64,000 bases of DNA from Mesotaenium endlicherianum (Eukaryota), in the NCBI GenBank assembly GCA_009602735.1, contig WELA01001907.1:142601-206600 (forward strand). The letters are read 5' to 3'. Positions within the stretch are counted from its first letter, which is position 1; the number at the start of each line of letters is the position of its first letter. The notes under the pieces were generated by a model that had not been told where the DNA came from, made no database searches, and saw only the letters and a program-made list of their open reading frames with translations. A program made the translations under genes and the position numbers. Below, in pieces: positions 1 to 13,142 of this stretch.

Positions 1-889
1 GTTCATATATGTGTGTGAATCGAATTATGAGACTATTTCTCTGCTCTCAAAATACAAATTGCTGCAGTATGACACTATTTTGCATCACAAGGTACATAAA
101 TATGTAAGGACTTCTAGAAATATATGTACATTGCACAAGCCAAAATATTTTCATTCGTGATGGTCCAAATAAACTCTCACTTCGTTGTGGCTGAAGGAAA
201 TACTTCTCAACAAGTAAACTAGAACTCCGCAATTGGTAAGTGAATGAACTTCCACTTTGTTGTGGCTGAATGAAATACGAATCAACTAGCTGAATTGAAT
301 TCTCCAGCTGCACAATCACTGAAAAGCTGCCGCTTTGACGCCAACTGCAATCATTCCTCCTGGTTCCAAAAGCAAGCCCATCTGGTTGGTCTTGCAATGT
401 AGTCATTGTGGGTAAGGGAGTGATATTGCACAGAGAGGTTTGAAACCGACATGTGACCAATTGTCGGCAAACTACTTCCGCAATCTGTGCACGATGGAAA
501 ATTGAAATGAATCGACTTACCAAATAGGCGATAAACAATTAATAAAGATCTTTATATCAGCAAGTAATCTTTGTGGTATTTTCCATTAACTAGTTAAACG
601 GCAAAAGACAACACACTAGCAGTGAACAATATTCGTAAGTCAAATGCAAGTAAATTAGCATCAATAATGCAATCAGTAAACTCGTACATAAGCAAGGTTA
701 GAAGACAGTGCGTATCAATGGCTTCTCGCCTTGGATTCAGGTTTCTCTCAGTAAGCTGTACAAGAGAGTTGGCCTCGTTTCCGAATGCCGAACTTGAGAA
801 CAATGCCTAGCAGATGTACATGGAATGAGTATACTGTTCAACGGCCAGTGCGATGGCACCGCCTCCCCGGGAGTTAACCACGTCGGTAG

Positions 890-1392
890 TGTAGTGAAAC
901 AGATAGATAAAGTACTTAGTAAAACAAAATAGTTTATCTATTCAAGACAAGGATCTTTGAACACAAGTGGTAGCTTCTTGAAAGAGAGATGGCTTCTTGA
1001 AAGTTAATATATTTCTGGATTTTGGCAAGTACAAGAGTGATTCTGGAATGTCTTTCTATGTTCTAGCTCTTGTTTATATACTTGCTACATCAGTAATTTC
1101 TAGGAAGGTGTATGTTGATGTGTTGGCACCCAACACATCCCAAAACTTGCCACCTCTTTCTAGAATAATGTACACATGTCCTTTTGACCTAAAAATGGCA
1201 CATTTGACTTTTGCCACATGGAGTTCTTCTAGGTCTTTCCTCTAACTTCGAAAATGCCTTGGAAGGTTCAAAGGACATGAACCAAGTTACTAGAGTACCT
1301 ATTCACACTTGACTCCACACACTACTACTCCAAATATATTTGAAAACATTAAAATATATGCAAACTAATATATAATAACTCAAATCACTACA
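890..1392 (-). repeat. B1 3' LTR
   Basis: TGTAGTGAAAC...ATCACTACA, next to a minus-strand polypurine tract at about 1393-1402 (GGGGGGTTGA). Confidence 0.95.
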
Positions 1393-1429
1393 TCAACCCC
1401 CCAATAGAAAAAGCGACGTCTCGGCGCGT

Positions 1430-1556
1430 CAAGTCAGGTCTTACACATGTGGAGCAAACTAGTCAACGATTTCAAGTCAGATGCCACACATGTGAAGAGG
1501 ACTAGTCAAAGGCGCCAAGTCAGGTGCTACACATGTAAGGTAGACTAGGCAAGGTC
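1430..1556. repeat. About three degenerate ~43-bp tandem repeats in the B1 3' UTR (also about 41929-42055 in B2)
   Basis: Recurring CAAGTCAG...ACACATGT...ACTAG(T/G)CAA unit. Confidence 0.75.
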
Positions 1557-2161
1557 GTAGGTGGTGTGACCTTATTGGCTAGCCTACTCCTTAATGATAA
1601 AGAAAAGTGTACAAGTTGGCCCAGAATCTGCCATGAATTCAAAAATTCATAGCGGCCACAGAACTGCTTTAAATCAGAAAATTTGAGTGCCAGATGGACT
1701 GCGTCAGAGAACTCTACCGGGTCACCAAAGTTGAGAGCATTCTAATTTCTGGAGTGTCGTTGAGAGCTGAGAGAGTAGGCACTCCTCCAAATCTGTGCAG
1801 AAACTTCTGATAATCATAAGTCCTTCTTTACTTCTCCAAATTCTGCAAACCAAGTCTCAAACTGGGCGCTGTAAGATGTTCTACCAGTGGCTTGAAATTC
1901 AGAGCATTCCAAGTTCAGGGGAGGGCACAATGTCAGAGGGCATATTCTGCCCTAACAATGCCAGCAGCCTGACCCCCTTCTACTTAGAGCATCATATCTC
2001 TCTCACCAGTGCTTCGAATTGAGCAAACTTGGACTCTAAATGACCGGCTACTCATGGATTACAGCCAAGTAAATTTTCAGAATTTATTATGCAGAAACCT
2101 ATCACCAGTAGCAGTTTTAGTTTTCTGTCTAGAAACTGCAAGAAGAGAAGAGTGTCTAATG

Positions 2162-5100
2162 TCAATTTTTCCTCTTTCTTGTTCTTGCAGGCTGCCTCCA
2201 AGGGGTCTTCTGCTGCTTCTTGATGGTGGCAGGCTGCCTCCCTGAAGTCTTCGGGCTTCTAGTAGAGAGACTTGGGGCTGGTCCAAGATGGGGGTTGGCG
2301 GCATGGAAGCGCTTCAACTTTCTCTGAACTTTGTCAAGGTAGTGCGCCGCCACCCAACTATTCTCCGAATCTGGATATCCTTTCCACTTGATCAAGTATT
2401 GCTGCTGTCTCCTGAAATTTCTCATAGCCACTATGTCTTCCACTTCGTACTCCAAATGATCATCCACTATTGTTGGGGCTGGTGGGGTTGTCACACGTCC
2501 TGGGAACTTGTTGTCGGGTTGCACATATGGCTTGAAGAGGGAAGCGTGGAATACGGGGTCGATGTGCATAGTCTGGGGAAGTTCTAGCTTGAAAGCAACG
2601 GGGTTGACTTGCTGGATAATCTTGAAGGGTCCCAAATACTTGGGAGAGAACTTGCTGCCGGCAGGCCTGTTGTTCAGGGAAATGTTCTTGGATGATAGTA
2701 ACACGTTGTCACCCACTCTGTACGTAATTTCTCTTCTGGATCTGTTCGCCACTCTTGCTTGAGCATCTTGCGCGTGTTGTAGAGCTTTCTTCGCTGCTGT
2801 AAGGGCTGCTTCTAATGTCTCCATAAAATCTGTGGCTGCAGGTACTTCATCATGGCCAGCCGTGAAGCTCAGTGGCGTGGTCGGATGGAAGCCATAGTTG
2901 AGGAAGAATGGGGACTCTTGGGTAGAGGCCTGCGTAGTGTTGTTGTAGGCAAACTCGAGGGGGGTCAAGTACATGTCCCAGTCTTGCTCGAGGGTAGACA
3001 CGTAGGCCTTTAGAGAGGTCTTTAGGGTACGATTCATACGCTCGGTTTGCCCATCTGATTGTGGGTGGTAGGCAGTAGACATATCCAGCGATGTACCCAA
3101 GTTCTTGAAGAGATTTTTCCAGAAATGGCTTGTGAATCTTGGATCTCTATCTGACACAATTCTTGATGGTAGTCCATGGAGTCGGAAGATGTTGTCAAAG
3201 ATGAGTCTTGCAAGTTGTGGTGCTGTAGCCTTAGTCGTCGTGGGAATAAAATGAGCCATCTTGGTAAGTCTGTCCACCACCGTGAGTATTGCATTATGGC
3301 CTCGAGGTGTCACGGGCAAGTCCACGATAAGGTCCATTGAGATGTCCGTCCATTGTCTTTCGGGGATTGGTAGTGGTTGGAGGAGTCCTCCCGCCTTTTG
3401 CGATGATGGCTTGATTCTTTGGCATGTGTCACAGCTCCTGCAGTACTCCTTGACTTGCTTAGACATGCCTGGCCAACAATAAGTCCTAGCTAGAACGCCC
3501 GTGGTCCTTAGGATTCCAAAGTGTCCTCCAAGAGGGTTGTCGTGTGCTTCTCGTAGAAGCAAGAGCCGGAGGTCTAAGTCATTAGGAACACATCTCTGGC
3601 CCGTATCTTGCCTCACCCAATAATTGCCTTCTTGCTTCTTGCATGGGTCCAAGGCTGCTTCTCCGTTCTTGTAGTAAGGGTCTCTTTCATAGGCGGCTGA
3701 AAATCGAGCTTCCAGATCTGTCTTCAGGGATACCATCACTGCATTTAATTGCAGTCTTGAGAGGGGGTCAGCCGGGTTTGTCTTGCCGGGCTGGTACTGA
3801 ATCGTGATGTTGTATTGTTGCAAGTATCCGCTCCATCTTGCTTGTCTCCTTGAGAGATACGGCTGCGTTTGGAGGTGCTTTAACGCCTCGTGGTCCGTGG
3901 TGACCAGTACTTTGCGTCCTTCAACGTAGCAGCGCCAAACCTTCAAGGCATGTACAATCGCCAATGCCTCTCGCTCCGTGGTTGTATAATTTTGCTCGGC
4001 TGGATTTAGCTTCCTTGACTCGTAGGCGATGGGCTGCAGTCCCTTGCCTTGGTCTTGAAGCAGGATTGCTCCTATTGCATAGGAAGATGCATCGGTGATG
4101 ACGTGGAAGGGCCAATCTGGGTTTGGACTTGGGAGTGTGAGCACCGGGGATGTGGTCAATCTTCGCTTTAACTCTTGAAATGCCTCTTCCTCTTTCTCGG
4201 TCCATGTATATAGCCTGTCCTTCTTGAGTAGATCTGTCAGGGGGGCTGCTATGTGCGAGAAGCCTTGGATGAATTTTCTGTACCAATTGGCAAATCCCAA
4301 GAATGACTGGAGTTCTTTCTTGGTCGTGGGGGTTGGCCATTCCTCCACCACCGTGGTCTTCTTGGGGTCTATCTTGATGCCATCAGCAGTCACGTGGAGA
4401 CCTAGGAACTCCACTTCTTGTTTGGCAAACTCGCATTTTGACTCCTTCGCAAACAGCTTGTTTTGCTTCAATACTTCAAGGACTTCTTTCAAGTGTCTCG
4501 CATGCTCTTCAAGGGTCTTGCTGTAGATAAGGATGTCATCGATGAATACCACCACAAATCTGTCCAACATGGGCTGAAATATGGTGTTCATCATAGTCAT
4601 GAAAGTTGCTGGCGCGTTGGTGAGTCCAAATGGCAGGACCATGAACTCAAAATGTCCATATCTTGTCCTGAATGCCGTCTTCTCTATGTCCGGTTCTGCG
4701 ATGCGAATCTGGTGGTAGCCGCTCCGTAAGTCAATCTTCGTGAAGTACTTGGCTCCAACCAGCCGGTCCATGAGCTCATCCATGCGCGGCAGCGGGTATC
4801 GATTCTTGATGGTGATCTTGTTGAGGGCGCGATAGTCCACACACATCCTCAAGGTACCATCTTTCTTCTTGACAAATAGCACCGGGGCTCCAAATGGCGA
4901 CTTGCTAGGTCGAATGAAGCCATGCTCCAGTAGCTCCTTGATTTGCTTCTTGACTTCGTCTAGCTCCGTGTATGACATTTTGAACGTAGGCCGAGAGATG
5001 GGCTTGCTTCCGGGCTCCAACTCTATCTTGTGGTCTACGAATCTTTTGGGGGGTAGGCCCTTGGGCAATTCCGGGGAGAACACTTCTTTGTAGTCCTCAA

Positions 5101-5827
5101 AGACTTCTTGTATCTCCTTGGGAACGGGGCTGCCTTCTTGACTCTCGATGTCTTTCTTGATGTCTTTTGGCGTGATCAAGGCCAAAAGAAGCTCGTGTCC
5201 CTTCCTCACAAGTCTCTTGAGTTGGAGGGCGGACAATAGTATCTCGTGTGCCGGCTTCTGGATGTCTTGGGTCTGGATATTCTGGATTGCGCGCAAAATA
5301 CAGATTCTTGAAGTGATGTCATTCTTGATCTTGATAGTACCGGTCCTCCAATCAACTTGGGGGTTGTGCTTGGTCAACCAAGGCGTCCCTAGGATGACGT
5401 CGTACTTGCCCAATTGCATGGGGGAGAACACTACTCTATCCTTGAAGGACTTGATAGAGAGTGCCAAGGGGTACGTCTTCTTGGAAGGGGTAGTATAGGA
5501 GAATCCATCGGGCATCATAATCTCCTCGTCGTGGTCAAGAGTTCGCATAGTAATACCGTGCTTGGTGGCAAAATCTGCAGCAATGAAGTTGCCTTGAGCT
5601 CCGCTATCCACCAAGATGTGGACCTTCTCTCCTCCAAGGTAACCTCTCAAACTCATTGGGGCTGGAACGTCGTCTTCAACGGGGGTCTCCACCTCACTTG
5701 GCGTGTTGCCTTCTCGTGAAGTGGGTCTTGGGGTGGTAGGCTCCTGGCCTACCGGCGCTGTCCGTTTTTTGACAACTTTTTGGGGCATGAAAGTGCACGA
5801 TGGCCCTTTTCCTTGCAATAGAAGCAT
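2162..5827 (-). CDS. pol: Pol polyprotein of B1 (aspartic protease, RT, RNase H, integrase, chromodomain), probably expressed by -1 frameshift from gag
   Basis: 1221-aa ORF containing LVDSGA, FIDD, TDAS...AYESRKL, HHCC zinc finger (AHD...GHFG...CDTC), DDE core (SMDL, SDRD, GQTER), GPF motif and chromodomain YEVEDI...YLIKWKGY...NSW. Confidence 0.97.
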   Translation of the reverse strand: MLLLQGKGPSCTFMPQKVVKKRTAPVGQEPTTPRPTSREGNTPSEVETPVEDDVPAPMSLRGYLGGEKVHILVDSGAQGNFIAADFATKHGITMRTLDHDEEIMMPDGFSYTTPSKKTYPLALSIKSFKDRVVFSPMQLGKYDVILGTPWLTKHNPQVDWRTGTIKIKNDITSRICILRAIQNIQTQDIQKPAHEILLSALQLKRLVRKGHELLLALITPKDIKKDIESQEGSPVPKEIQEVFEDYKEVFSPELPKGLPPKRFVDHKIELEPGSKPISRPTFKMSYTELDEVKKQIKELLEHGFIRPSKSPFGAPVLFVKKKDGTLRMCVDYRALNKITIKNRYPLPRMDELMDRLVGAKYFTKIDLRSGYHQIRIAEPDIEKTAFRTRYGHFEFMVLPFGLTNAPATFMTMMNTIFQPMLDRFVVVFIDDILIYSKTLEEHARHLKEVLEVLKQNKLFAKESKCEFAKQEVEFLGLHVTADGIKIDPKKTTVVEEWPTPTTKKELQSFLGFANWYRKFIQGFSHIAAPLTDLLKKDRLYTWTEKEEEAFQELKRRLTTSPVLTLPSPNPDWPFHVITDASSYAIGAILLQDQGKGLQPIAYESRKLNPAEQNYTTTEREALAIVHALKVWRCYVEGRKVLVTTDHEALKHLQTQPYLSRRQARWSGYLQQYNITIQYQPGKTNPADPLSRLQLNAVMVSLKTDLEARFSAAYERDPYYKNGEAALDPCKKQEGNYWVRQDTGQRCVPNDLDLRLLLLREAHDNPLGGHFGILRTTGVLARTYCWPGMSKQVKEYCRSCDTCQRIKPSSQKAGGLLQPLPIPERQWTDISMDLIVDLPVTPRGHNAILTVVDRLTKMAHFIPTTTKATAPQLARLIFDNIFRLHGLPSRIVSDRDPRFTSHFWKNLFKNLGTSLDMSTAYHPQSDGQTERMNRTLKTSLKAYVSTLEQDWDMYLTPLEFAYNNTTQASTQESPFFLNYGFHPTTPLSFTAGHDEVPAATDFMETLEAALTAAKKALQHAQDAQARVANRSRREITYRVGDNVLLSSKNISLNNRPAGSKFSPKYLGPFKIIQQVNPVAFKLELPQTMHIDPVFHASLFKPYVQPDNKFPGRVTTPPAPTIVDDHLEYEVEDIVAMRNFRRQQQYLIKWKGYPDSENSWVAAHYLDKVQRKLKRFHAANPHLGPAPSLSTRSPKTSGRQPATIKKQQKTPWRQPARTRKRKN

Positions 5828-7029
5828 AGTCCAGCCGTCATGAGAGCTTCTTTTTCAGCCGGGGAGAGTCTTGCTTTCACTCCTTGCTGGTTTCTTGCAT
5901 CATAAGTGTCATTGGAGGGTCTTCCACTCTTCCGGGCAGCCGCGGGGTCCCTTTTAATAACTCCGATTTCCATGGGTGTGGGTCCAGATTCGGATGTGGA
6001 AGGGGCTGCGTACACCCGCGTCGTCGGTACCCGTGAAGATGAAGGCACGGAGTGCTTGAAATCCAAGGTATCCACCTTTTGGGCCACTTCAATGATCTTT
6101 GAGAAGTCCGTCAAGTCGCGTAACTCCACTTCCTTTGCCACCTTGGGTTTGAGGCCAAAGATGTAACGGTCAATCTTCTCCTCGAGAGACATGTTGGGGA
6201 TCTCAAGAGTGAGGGCGTGAAATCTGGATGTATACTCTTGAACGGACGTCGTTTGCTTGAGATGGTGGAGCTTTCCTCGGGCAATCTTCTCCGCATTGAT
6301 GGGCATGAATTGCTTCTTGAGGGCCTCACGAAAATCTGCCCATCTTGCATATGATGGTGGGGGCTCTTGGCCGAGCATGGGGTGCGCCATAGCTTGATAT
6401 ATAGCCGCTTGATAGTTACGCCACCATGATGTTGCTGCTCCTCTAAGTAAGGTAACGGCAAAGGGAACGTAGTCCTCCTCGGGTACTTCAAGGAACGCGA
6501 GGTACGTCTCCACTTGGTAGAGCCATAAATTCAGGTTGGCACCTTTCCCGGGGTTGAAAGTGTCGGGTTTGCCGGGCTTGATGAGTTTCCTTGCTCTCGT
6601 TGGCTCTTGTGGAGGCGCTTGAGCCGGGGCTGGATTTTGAGCATTGCTCGCAATAGGGGCAACCATGGCAGCCATAGCTTCTCTTGACGCTTGCACGGTT
6701 GCTTCATAGGTGGCCAAGCCCACTTGGTTGTGGACGGTCATTAGGAAGGCTGCCCACTCATTTGCGGGAACTCCTTGTGGTGGGGTCAACTTTGCTATAG
6801 CGGCTGCCACGGGATTTGACGGTGCTCCTCCTTGTGGTGCTTCTTGTTGTTGCAGATTTCCTTGAGTAGGCTCTCCCATCGACGCTGGAGGAGGGTGTGC
6901 TCCTCCTTGTGGTGCTTCTTGTTGTTGCAGATTTTCTTGAGTGGGCTCTCCCATCGGCGCTGGAGGAGGGTGTCTTGGAGAGGAAGGGCTTCCTTCGAAA
7001 GCTTGCTGTTGGTCTTGAGGATCGGCCAT
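5749..7029 (-). CDS. gag: Gag of B1 (capsid plus CCHC zinc knuckle)
   Basis: 426-aa ORF with [26 protein letters not shown] and [14 protein letters not shown]. The N-terminus has a 25-aa tandem duplication ([25 protein letters not shown]). Confidence 0.96.
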   Translation of the reverse strand: MADPQDQQQAFEGSPSSPRHPPPAPMGEPTQENLQQQEAPQGGAHPPPASMGEPTQGNLQQQEAPQGGAPSNPVAAAIAKLTPPQGVPANEWAAFLMTVHNQVGLATYEATVQASREAMAAMVAPIASNAQNPAPAQAPPQEPTRARKLIKPGKPDTFNPGKGANLNLWLYQVETYLAFLEVPEEDYVPFAVTLLRGAATSWWRNYQAAIYQAMAHPMLGQEPPPSYARWADFREALKKQFMPINAEKIARGKLHHLKQTTSVQEYTSRFHALTLEIPNMSLEEKIDRYIFGLKPKVAKEVELRDLTDFSKIIEVAQKVDTLDFKHSVPSSSRVPTTRVYAAPSTSESGPTPMEIGVIKRDPAAARKSGRPSNDTYDARNQQGVKARLSPAEKEALMTAGLCFYCKEKGHRALSCPKKLSKNGQRR

Positions 7030-7053
7030 CTTCTTGTGCTACCAAAGTGCCTA

Positions 7054-7065
7054 GCTCCGATACCA
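7054..7065 (-). promoter_or_regulatory. Primer-binding site, tRNA-iMet type (TGGTATCGGAGC)
   Basis: Lies 1 nt inside the 5' LTR and differs by one base from the canonical plant iMet PBS TGGTATCAGAGC. Identical or degenerate versions occur at about 47577, 53711, 54889, 32822, 60136 and 15536. Confidence 0.9.
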
Positions 7066-7066
7066 C

Positions 7067-7569
7067 TGTAGTGAAACAGATAGATAAAGTACTTAGTAAA
7101 ACAGAATACTTTATCTATTCAAGACAAGGATCTTTGAACACAAGTGGTAGCTTCTTGAAAGAGAGATGGCTTCTTGAAAGTTAATATATTTCTGGATTTT
7201 GGCAAGTACAAGAGTGATTCTGGAATGTCTTTCTATGTTCTAGCTCTTGTTTATATACTTGCTACATAAGTAATTTCTAGGAAGGTGTATGTTGATGTGT
7301 TGGCACCCAACACATCCCAAAACTTGCCACCTCTTTCTAGAATAATGTACACATGTCCTTTTGACCTAAAAATGGCACATTTGACTTTTGCCACATGGAG
7401 TTCTTCTAGGTCTTTCCTCTAACTTCGAGAATGCCTTGGAAGGTTCAAGGGACATGAACCAAGTTACTAGAGTACCTATTCACACTTGACTCCACACTCT
7501 ACTACTCCAAATATATTTGAAAACATTAAAATATATGCAAACTAATATATAATAACTCAAATCACTACA
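7067..7569 (-). repeat. B1 5' LTR
   Basis: Near-identical to 890-1392 and adjacent to the PBS. Confidence 0.95.
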
Positions 7570-8399
7570 GGTAGGACCTTGGTTAACCAAATCCACCGCC
7601 ATGTCCCATCATCCCGAATCGCCATCCATCATAGGGATGTCATCTGGCCATTCATCTAGCGTATCTCACTTAGATGCATATTGAGGCAGTTCGCTGCTAC
7701 CGAGTACGGAAGTCAGTTGGCTGTCAAAGAATGTGTCAGCAAGCTGACTTAAGTTGACTTCAGCTTGCTGCTTCCGGCTGAGTCATAAAACTGATATTAA
7801 ATATAAAGTCCAGCAGACTGATTATCAACTAGAGTTCAGTAGGCTGCACTTAATCAACTATTATATCTAAATGATTATTATATCTACTAATATATTGATT
7901 CATTACAGAAACAAATCCAAAGCATGTCAGATGTGTAAGGATCTCTGGAGACAAGGACAAGACATCGCGAGCAAACCTGGATGTGGACACAACGAGCAAG
8001 GCCGGATGGGGTTGTGCTCACGTCCACGCGAATGGAACATGTGAGGCAATAACAAATAAAGTACCAATGGGGACGAGGTGATGCTGACATAATTGACGAG
8101 CTGTTATAATACGCCAGAACTGAGGGTCCCCGACGGCACTCCATTTGGGGCCAGCCGAACCGATTCAACTCGTGGAGCTTGACTAAGGTACACCACCAAC
8201 GACGGACATGAAAGTGTAAATGGCTGTTCTCAGATACAAATCCTCCAGAATTTGGCTAAAACGGACGAGAGGAAACTAATAGATTAGTAAAATCTGGATT
8301 TTCATTCGCTCAAATTTGCCGTCGACGCCAGGCGGCCGATCCGACTCGTATATATTTCCATTTCAGATTGTAGATGAAATTTGCCCCATGTCACTGTCA

Positions 8400-11300
8400 G
8401 GGTGTCTTAAGGCGAGGACATTGCTAGTGATGCATAATGCTTCTTTGGGGTTAAGTATGACACTTGAAACGAAAGTTTTAGGCAGCTCATGCTTTACAAT
8501 CATTGATTCAGGCGCATCAGTGAGCTTCATTAGTGCACGTTTTGCACAAGGGATGAAGTTGCTTCCAATACTCAAGGACAAGACCCTTTGCCTCGGCGAT
8601 GGCTCATTAGCTTGTATTTTTGGAACGATTAAATTACAGCTCAGCGTGCAGTCCTTTCATGGGCGTGTACAATTCTACGTAACTGAATTGCCACATGGAA
8701 TCGACGCAGTTTTGGGTAACGATTGGCTTACGCAAACAAGTGCATTGCTTGACTTCGGTCAAAAGACATGCATTGTACGCAAAGGGACCAGGAAGATCAC
8801 TCTTCAGTCCCTTAAGTCCGATATGGCCTTGGAAATTTCTTTGAAGACTCTTCTATTGTCCATAAAGCAAGTTCGACGTTCGGCAAAGCAAAGTCAAAAT
8901 GTTTTCTATGGATTACTAAGACCCGAGGGCCGATTCCCCAGCAACTTTCACTGCGCTCTTTACGGAAAAGCCGATGTTAGACGTTATCGGTCATGAAAAC
9001 ACACTCACAGCTGAACTTTCTGCTCTTTTGCAAAAGTACAAGTCAGTGTTTCCAAGTGAAATACCAGTCGGGCTTCCGCCTGATAGGGGTATTGGACATA
9101 CAATCCCTCTCATTCCCGATTCTCTACCGTCTTGGCGACCAATTTATCGCCTAAGCCCGTTGGAGATGAATGAAATGAAGGACCAAATCACCGACTTGCT
9201 TGAGAAAGGATGGATTGAGTCGAGCTCTTCTCCATTCGGGGCGCCCATCCTATTTGTTCAGTAGAAAGATGGGACGCTTAGAATGTGCATTGATTATCGT
9301 GCGTTGAACAATATAACGGTCAAGAATCGCTATTTGTTGCCTCGCATTGATGATTTGTTCGATTTGCTGTAAGGGGCATGCGTGTTCTCCTGGCTTGACT
9401 TAGCCCAAGGCTATCATCAGATTTGAATCACACCGGAGGATGTCCACAAAACAGCGTTTCGTACGCCTATTGGGCACTTCCAATACAAAGTCCTAAGTTT
9501 TGGACTTACCAATGCACCAGCGACATTCCAAAGTACAATGAACGATTTGTTTAGACCTTACTTGGGGAAAGTTGTCCAGGTTTACCTCGACGATATCCTC
9601 GTCTATTCAAAGACCAGGGAAGAGCATTACAAGCACCTTGAGTTGGTGTTGCAAATCCTTCGTGAGCAACAGCTGTACGCTAAGATCAAGAAATGTTCCT
9701 TCCTAAAGGATAAAGTGTTGTACCTCGGACATATAGTGGGTTCAAAAGGGGTGCACCCTGACCCAGCCAAGATAGCGTGCATCGCTGACTGGCCTGTCCC
9801 GAAAGATGTACAAACTATATGTTCATTCCTTGGGCTTGCTAATTACTTTCGTAAGTTTATGCAAGGTTATTCAGTTATGGCCGCGCCACTCACTGCTCTG
9901 ACAAGGAAAGATAAGACGTTCATTCGGGATGAGAATACGCAACATGCGTTTGAGCGCGTTAAGTATGCACTCACTAATGCGCCACTTCTTTCATTAGCCG
10001 ATCCCGACTTGCCTTACGAGGTAGTCGCCCATGCGTCTGGTGTTGGAGTTGGGGCTGTTTTACTGCAGGCAGGCAAGCCTATCAATTTTGAGAGTGGAAA
10101 GCTGACACCTGCCAAACAAAATTACTCAACGACAGAGCAGGAGCTTTGGGCAGTGATATACTTGGCGATGTTATTTGGAAGGTTGCAAGGGTTTAATTGT
10201 GGTTACGGACCACTGCCCAAATACCTTCTTTCAAATTTAGCCAACGCTATCGAGGAGACAGACGAGATGGTCTGAGTTCTTGCAACGATTCCACTTTGAA
10301 TGGGCATATCGCCCAGGCCGCAACAATGTTGCTGATCCTCTAAGTCAAATTCCTCATCACCACTTGATGCTGGGGACTGTCGTAAGCTTGCGAGAACAAA
10401 ATGGTCAGGTTTTGAGGGCACCCACCCTTGATTCTGCTGTACCCCCCCAGACGTCTGACCGCAACCAGCCTGGTGACGCGGGCACACCCAATTTGGGTAG
10501 CATGCATAACTCGGAAGTACTTGACCTGCATCAACTATTTCACAAGGGCTATCTCAAGGATCCGTTTTTCCTACATCTCCAGGGTACCGGCTTGAACGGT
10601 GTAGCCGTAACGATGGACAGTATGGATAAAAGGAAAGAACACTCAAGCTATTCGTTTGAGGACAATTTTTGGGGGCACAATGGGCGCATTGCTGTCCCAG
10701 AAGGCCGAGTAAGACATGTGCTACTACGCGAAGCGCATGACTCTCCTTACTCTGGTCACCATGGAATTACCAAAACCACACACGTTTTGCGCCGAGGGTA
10801 CATTTGGCCATCCCTCATGGTTGATGTTGCCGAGTACATTGCCAACTGCGCAACATGTCAGAGGAATAAGCCGAGCAATACGTTGCCAGCTGGGAAGTTG
10901 CAACCATTGGAACTTGCATGTGCTCCTTGAGAAAGCATAAGCCTCGACTTTGTCGTGTAATTGCCTACCACCAATAGAGGACACAATGGGGTGTTAACGA
11001 TCGTAGATCGTTTCACTAAGATGGTGCATGTTGTGGCCACTAAACCATCGCTTGATGCCGTCAAGACCGTGGATCATGTGTTCAAGTTGCATGGCATGCC
11101 AAAAGAAATCATAAGTGATCGTGACAGTAGATTTACGAGCCACTTCTGGCAGAAATTTGCTCGCATTTCGGCACCAAGCTTAAGATGTCCACTAGCTTCC
11201 ATCCTCAGATTGATGGTCAGACAAAACAACTGAATCGCGTTTTGCAACAAGTTCTTAGGCATTATGTGAATCCTCGCCAAGACAACTGGGACACCCTCCT

Positions 11301-11987
11301 TTCAGTTGCAAAGTTTGCAGTAAATAATGCTTATCAGAAAAGTGTTAAGAAAATATCGTTTTTTCTTAACTGTAGGAGACATCCGCACACTCCTCTCACG
11401 CGTACGGTACCCGGTGAGGCGGGGATATCAACCATGAGAGTGCCAAGTGCACGCCTATTTGTCCATTCTCTTCAAGAGGTGCACAAAAACACGAAGTGGC
11501 TTTAGCCGCTGCTCGAGATCGACAGAAAACGTTTGCTGACACGCACAGGACTGAGTTAAGTTTTCAAGTTGGCAGTGAAGTACTTTTGCGAACTAAAAAC
11601 CTCCAACTCAAGCACCCAGGAAAGCGCAAGCTTCTACCTCGCTGGGTAGGCCCTTTTATTGTTATCGCAAAGGTTAGACCTGTTGCATACCGACTGGATT
11701 TGCCTAAATCCATGGGGCGAACGCATCCTGTGTTCCATGTCAGTAACACAATGTTGTGTAGGTCCGATGGCCGCTATCAGCCGCAAGCACCGGATTTGGA
11801 ACTCGCCGATGATAATAAGGCCTGGGATGTAGAGGAGGTCTTAGGACACCGCTACACTCGTCATAAGCCTCCATGCGTGGAACTTTTGATCACATGGCTT
11901 GATTACAATTCCAGTTGGAACTTGTACGAACCTCAGAACAATATCCTACTTATTTGTAAGGACCTGGTTCAACAGTATTGGTTATGA
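8400..11987 (+). pseudogene. pol: Decayed chromovirus pol, family C copy 1 (C1)
   Basis: ORF fragments with IIDSGAS, YLDD, REAHD...GHHG...CATC, SDRD, GPF and chromodomain WDVEEVLGH. Several stops and frameshifts. Homologous to 48668-52350. Confidence 0.93.
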
Positions 11988-12223
11988 TGGGCTTCTGCTC
12001 AAAAGCTTTGCGCCGAGGCAAGTGTGCTACCAAGCGCTCTTCGTAAGCCATGGAACAAACGCAAAAGAGACGCGACCAAATTATCGCTCTTTTCCGTCAC
12101 CGTGATGATGCATAGTCCAATCGCTCACTAGTGTTTTTCGCTAGTCAAGGCTTGTATTGACACATTTAGACTTAAAAGACGTACGCTTAACAAGAACGTT
12201 AAGTTATTTTTAGGGGGGAGGAG

Positions 12224-13142
12224 TGTAACGATCTGAGCTTTTTAGGCGTATTCGGGACGTTTCCCGATGATCTAAAATACGTTATACTATTTATCAAACA
12301 TTATTTGATGAATGATTGCATCACATTGAATTATTTTCCACACGCGTGTGCCGATTACTTCCCGGTCGATTGGCGAAACGACCGAGATACTATTGCAAAA
12401 AGCGTCGTAACGTAATTCGACTACTTCGCAAAAGTGCGACATTATTATTTATGAAGTTATTTTGAATAATCATGAGATGATAACTTAATTAATCATTGTT
12501 TGATTAAGTTATTTTGATTGTCGTTATTTCAAATAATGCACAGTCACAGATTTCGGATTTTCGACCAGTCGTTAATACGAATAAACGATCGTAAAAGTCA
12601 AACGACACATAATATGCAAAGCGACTTTGCATCCGAAGAATTCAAACCCGCGACCTGTTGTTTGAAACGTTCACACCTAACCCATTGGCAAAGTAGTACT
12701 TAAAACTACCGATTCATGACAAAAAGCATGTGTACGCGACTCCGCGAACAGTCGCGACTTTTCGGAAAGTCGCGAGAACGCGAAAACGCCCATTTGGCAC
12801 GAAATGGTTTTTCAGAAATCGTTGAAAAGTCTCCAAACGGCCAAACGGCGCGATTTGAGCATTCAACCAAAATGGGTCGTACCCCTTCGCCTGTTGTTGT
12901 TGACATGAACAAGTGCCCTAGGTGATGACTCGAAGCACTCCAGTGCCTCACGTCGTGCAGGTAGAAATGTCTGCAGAGTCATTGTGAGTGCAACTCTCAC
13001 AAGCACACATTCTACGTTAGTTTTCATTTTCGCTTTCTCGAGGATTTGTCAATTTGCACAAGTATATTGATTTTCTTTCCACTTCATTCAAATATTCCTT
13101 GAATACCGAGGAAAAATCCTCTCGAAAAGCAAAAACGTTACA
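12224..13142 (+). repeat. C1 3' LTR
   Basis: TGTAACG...CGTTACA after PPT AGGGGGGAGGAG (12212-12223). Reverse-complement homolog of 47593-48525 and 53724-54666. The 5' LTR is not in the window. Confidence 0.92.

Larger units (their letters stand above)
890..7569 (-). mobile_element. Intact Ty3/gypsy chromovirus LTR retrotransposon, family B copy 1 (B1)
   Basis: Two 503-bp TG...CA LTRs differing at about 6 positions by eye. Perfect 5-bp TSD GGTAG (885-889 and 7570-7574). PBS, PPT, and uninterrupted gag and pol with order PR-RT-RH-INT-chromodomain. Confidence 0.97.
503..7907 (-). repeat. Family-A LTR (probable solo LTR), split by insertion of element B1: pieces 503-889 and 7575-7907
   Basis: Starts TGAAATGAATC at 503 and ends GATTCATTACA at 7907, closely matching the termini of the PBS-adjacent LTR at 54902-55647. 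The two pieces rejoin across the GGTAG TSD. Its own TSD is imperfect (aaaat or gaaaa vs gaaac). Confidence 0.85.

Noticed and set aside
1430..1556. CRISPR-like array
   Set aside because: These are degenerate tandem repeats in a retrotransposon UTR, with no identical repeats, unique spacers or cas genes.
1795..2022. Antisense 75-aa ORF in the B 3' UTR (also at 42293-42520)
   Set aside because: GTG start, short, many amino-acid changes between close copies, and no motif.
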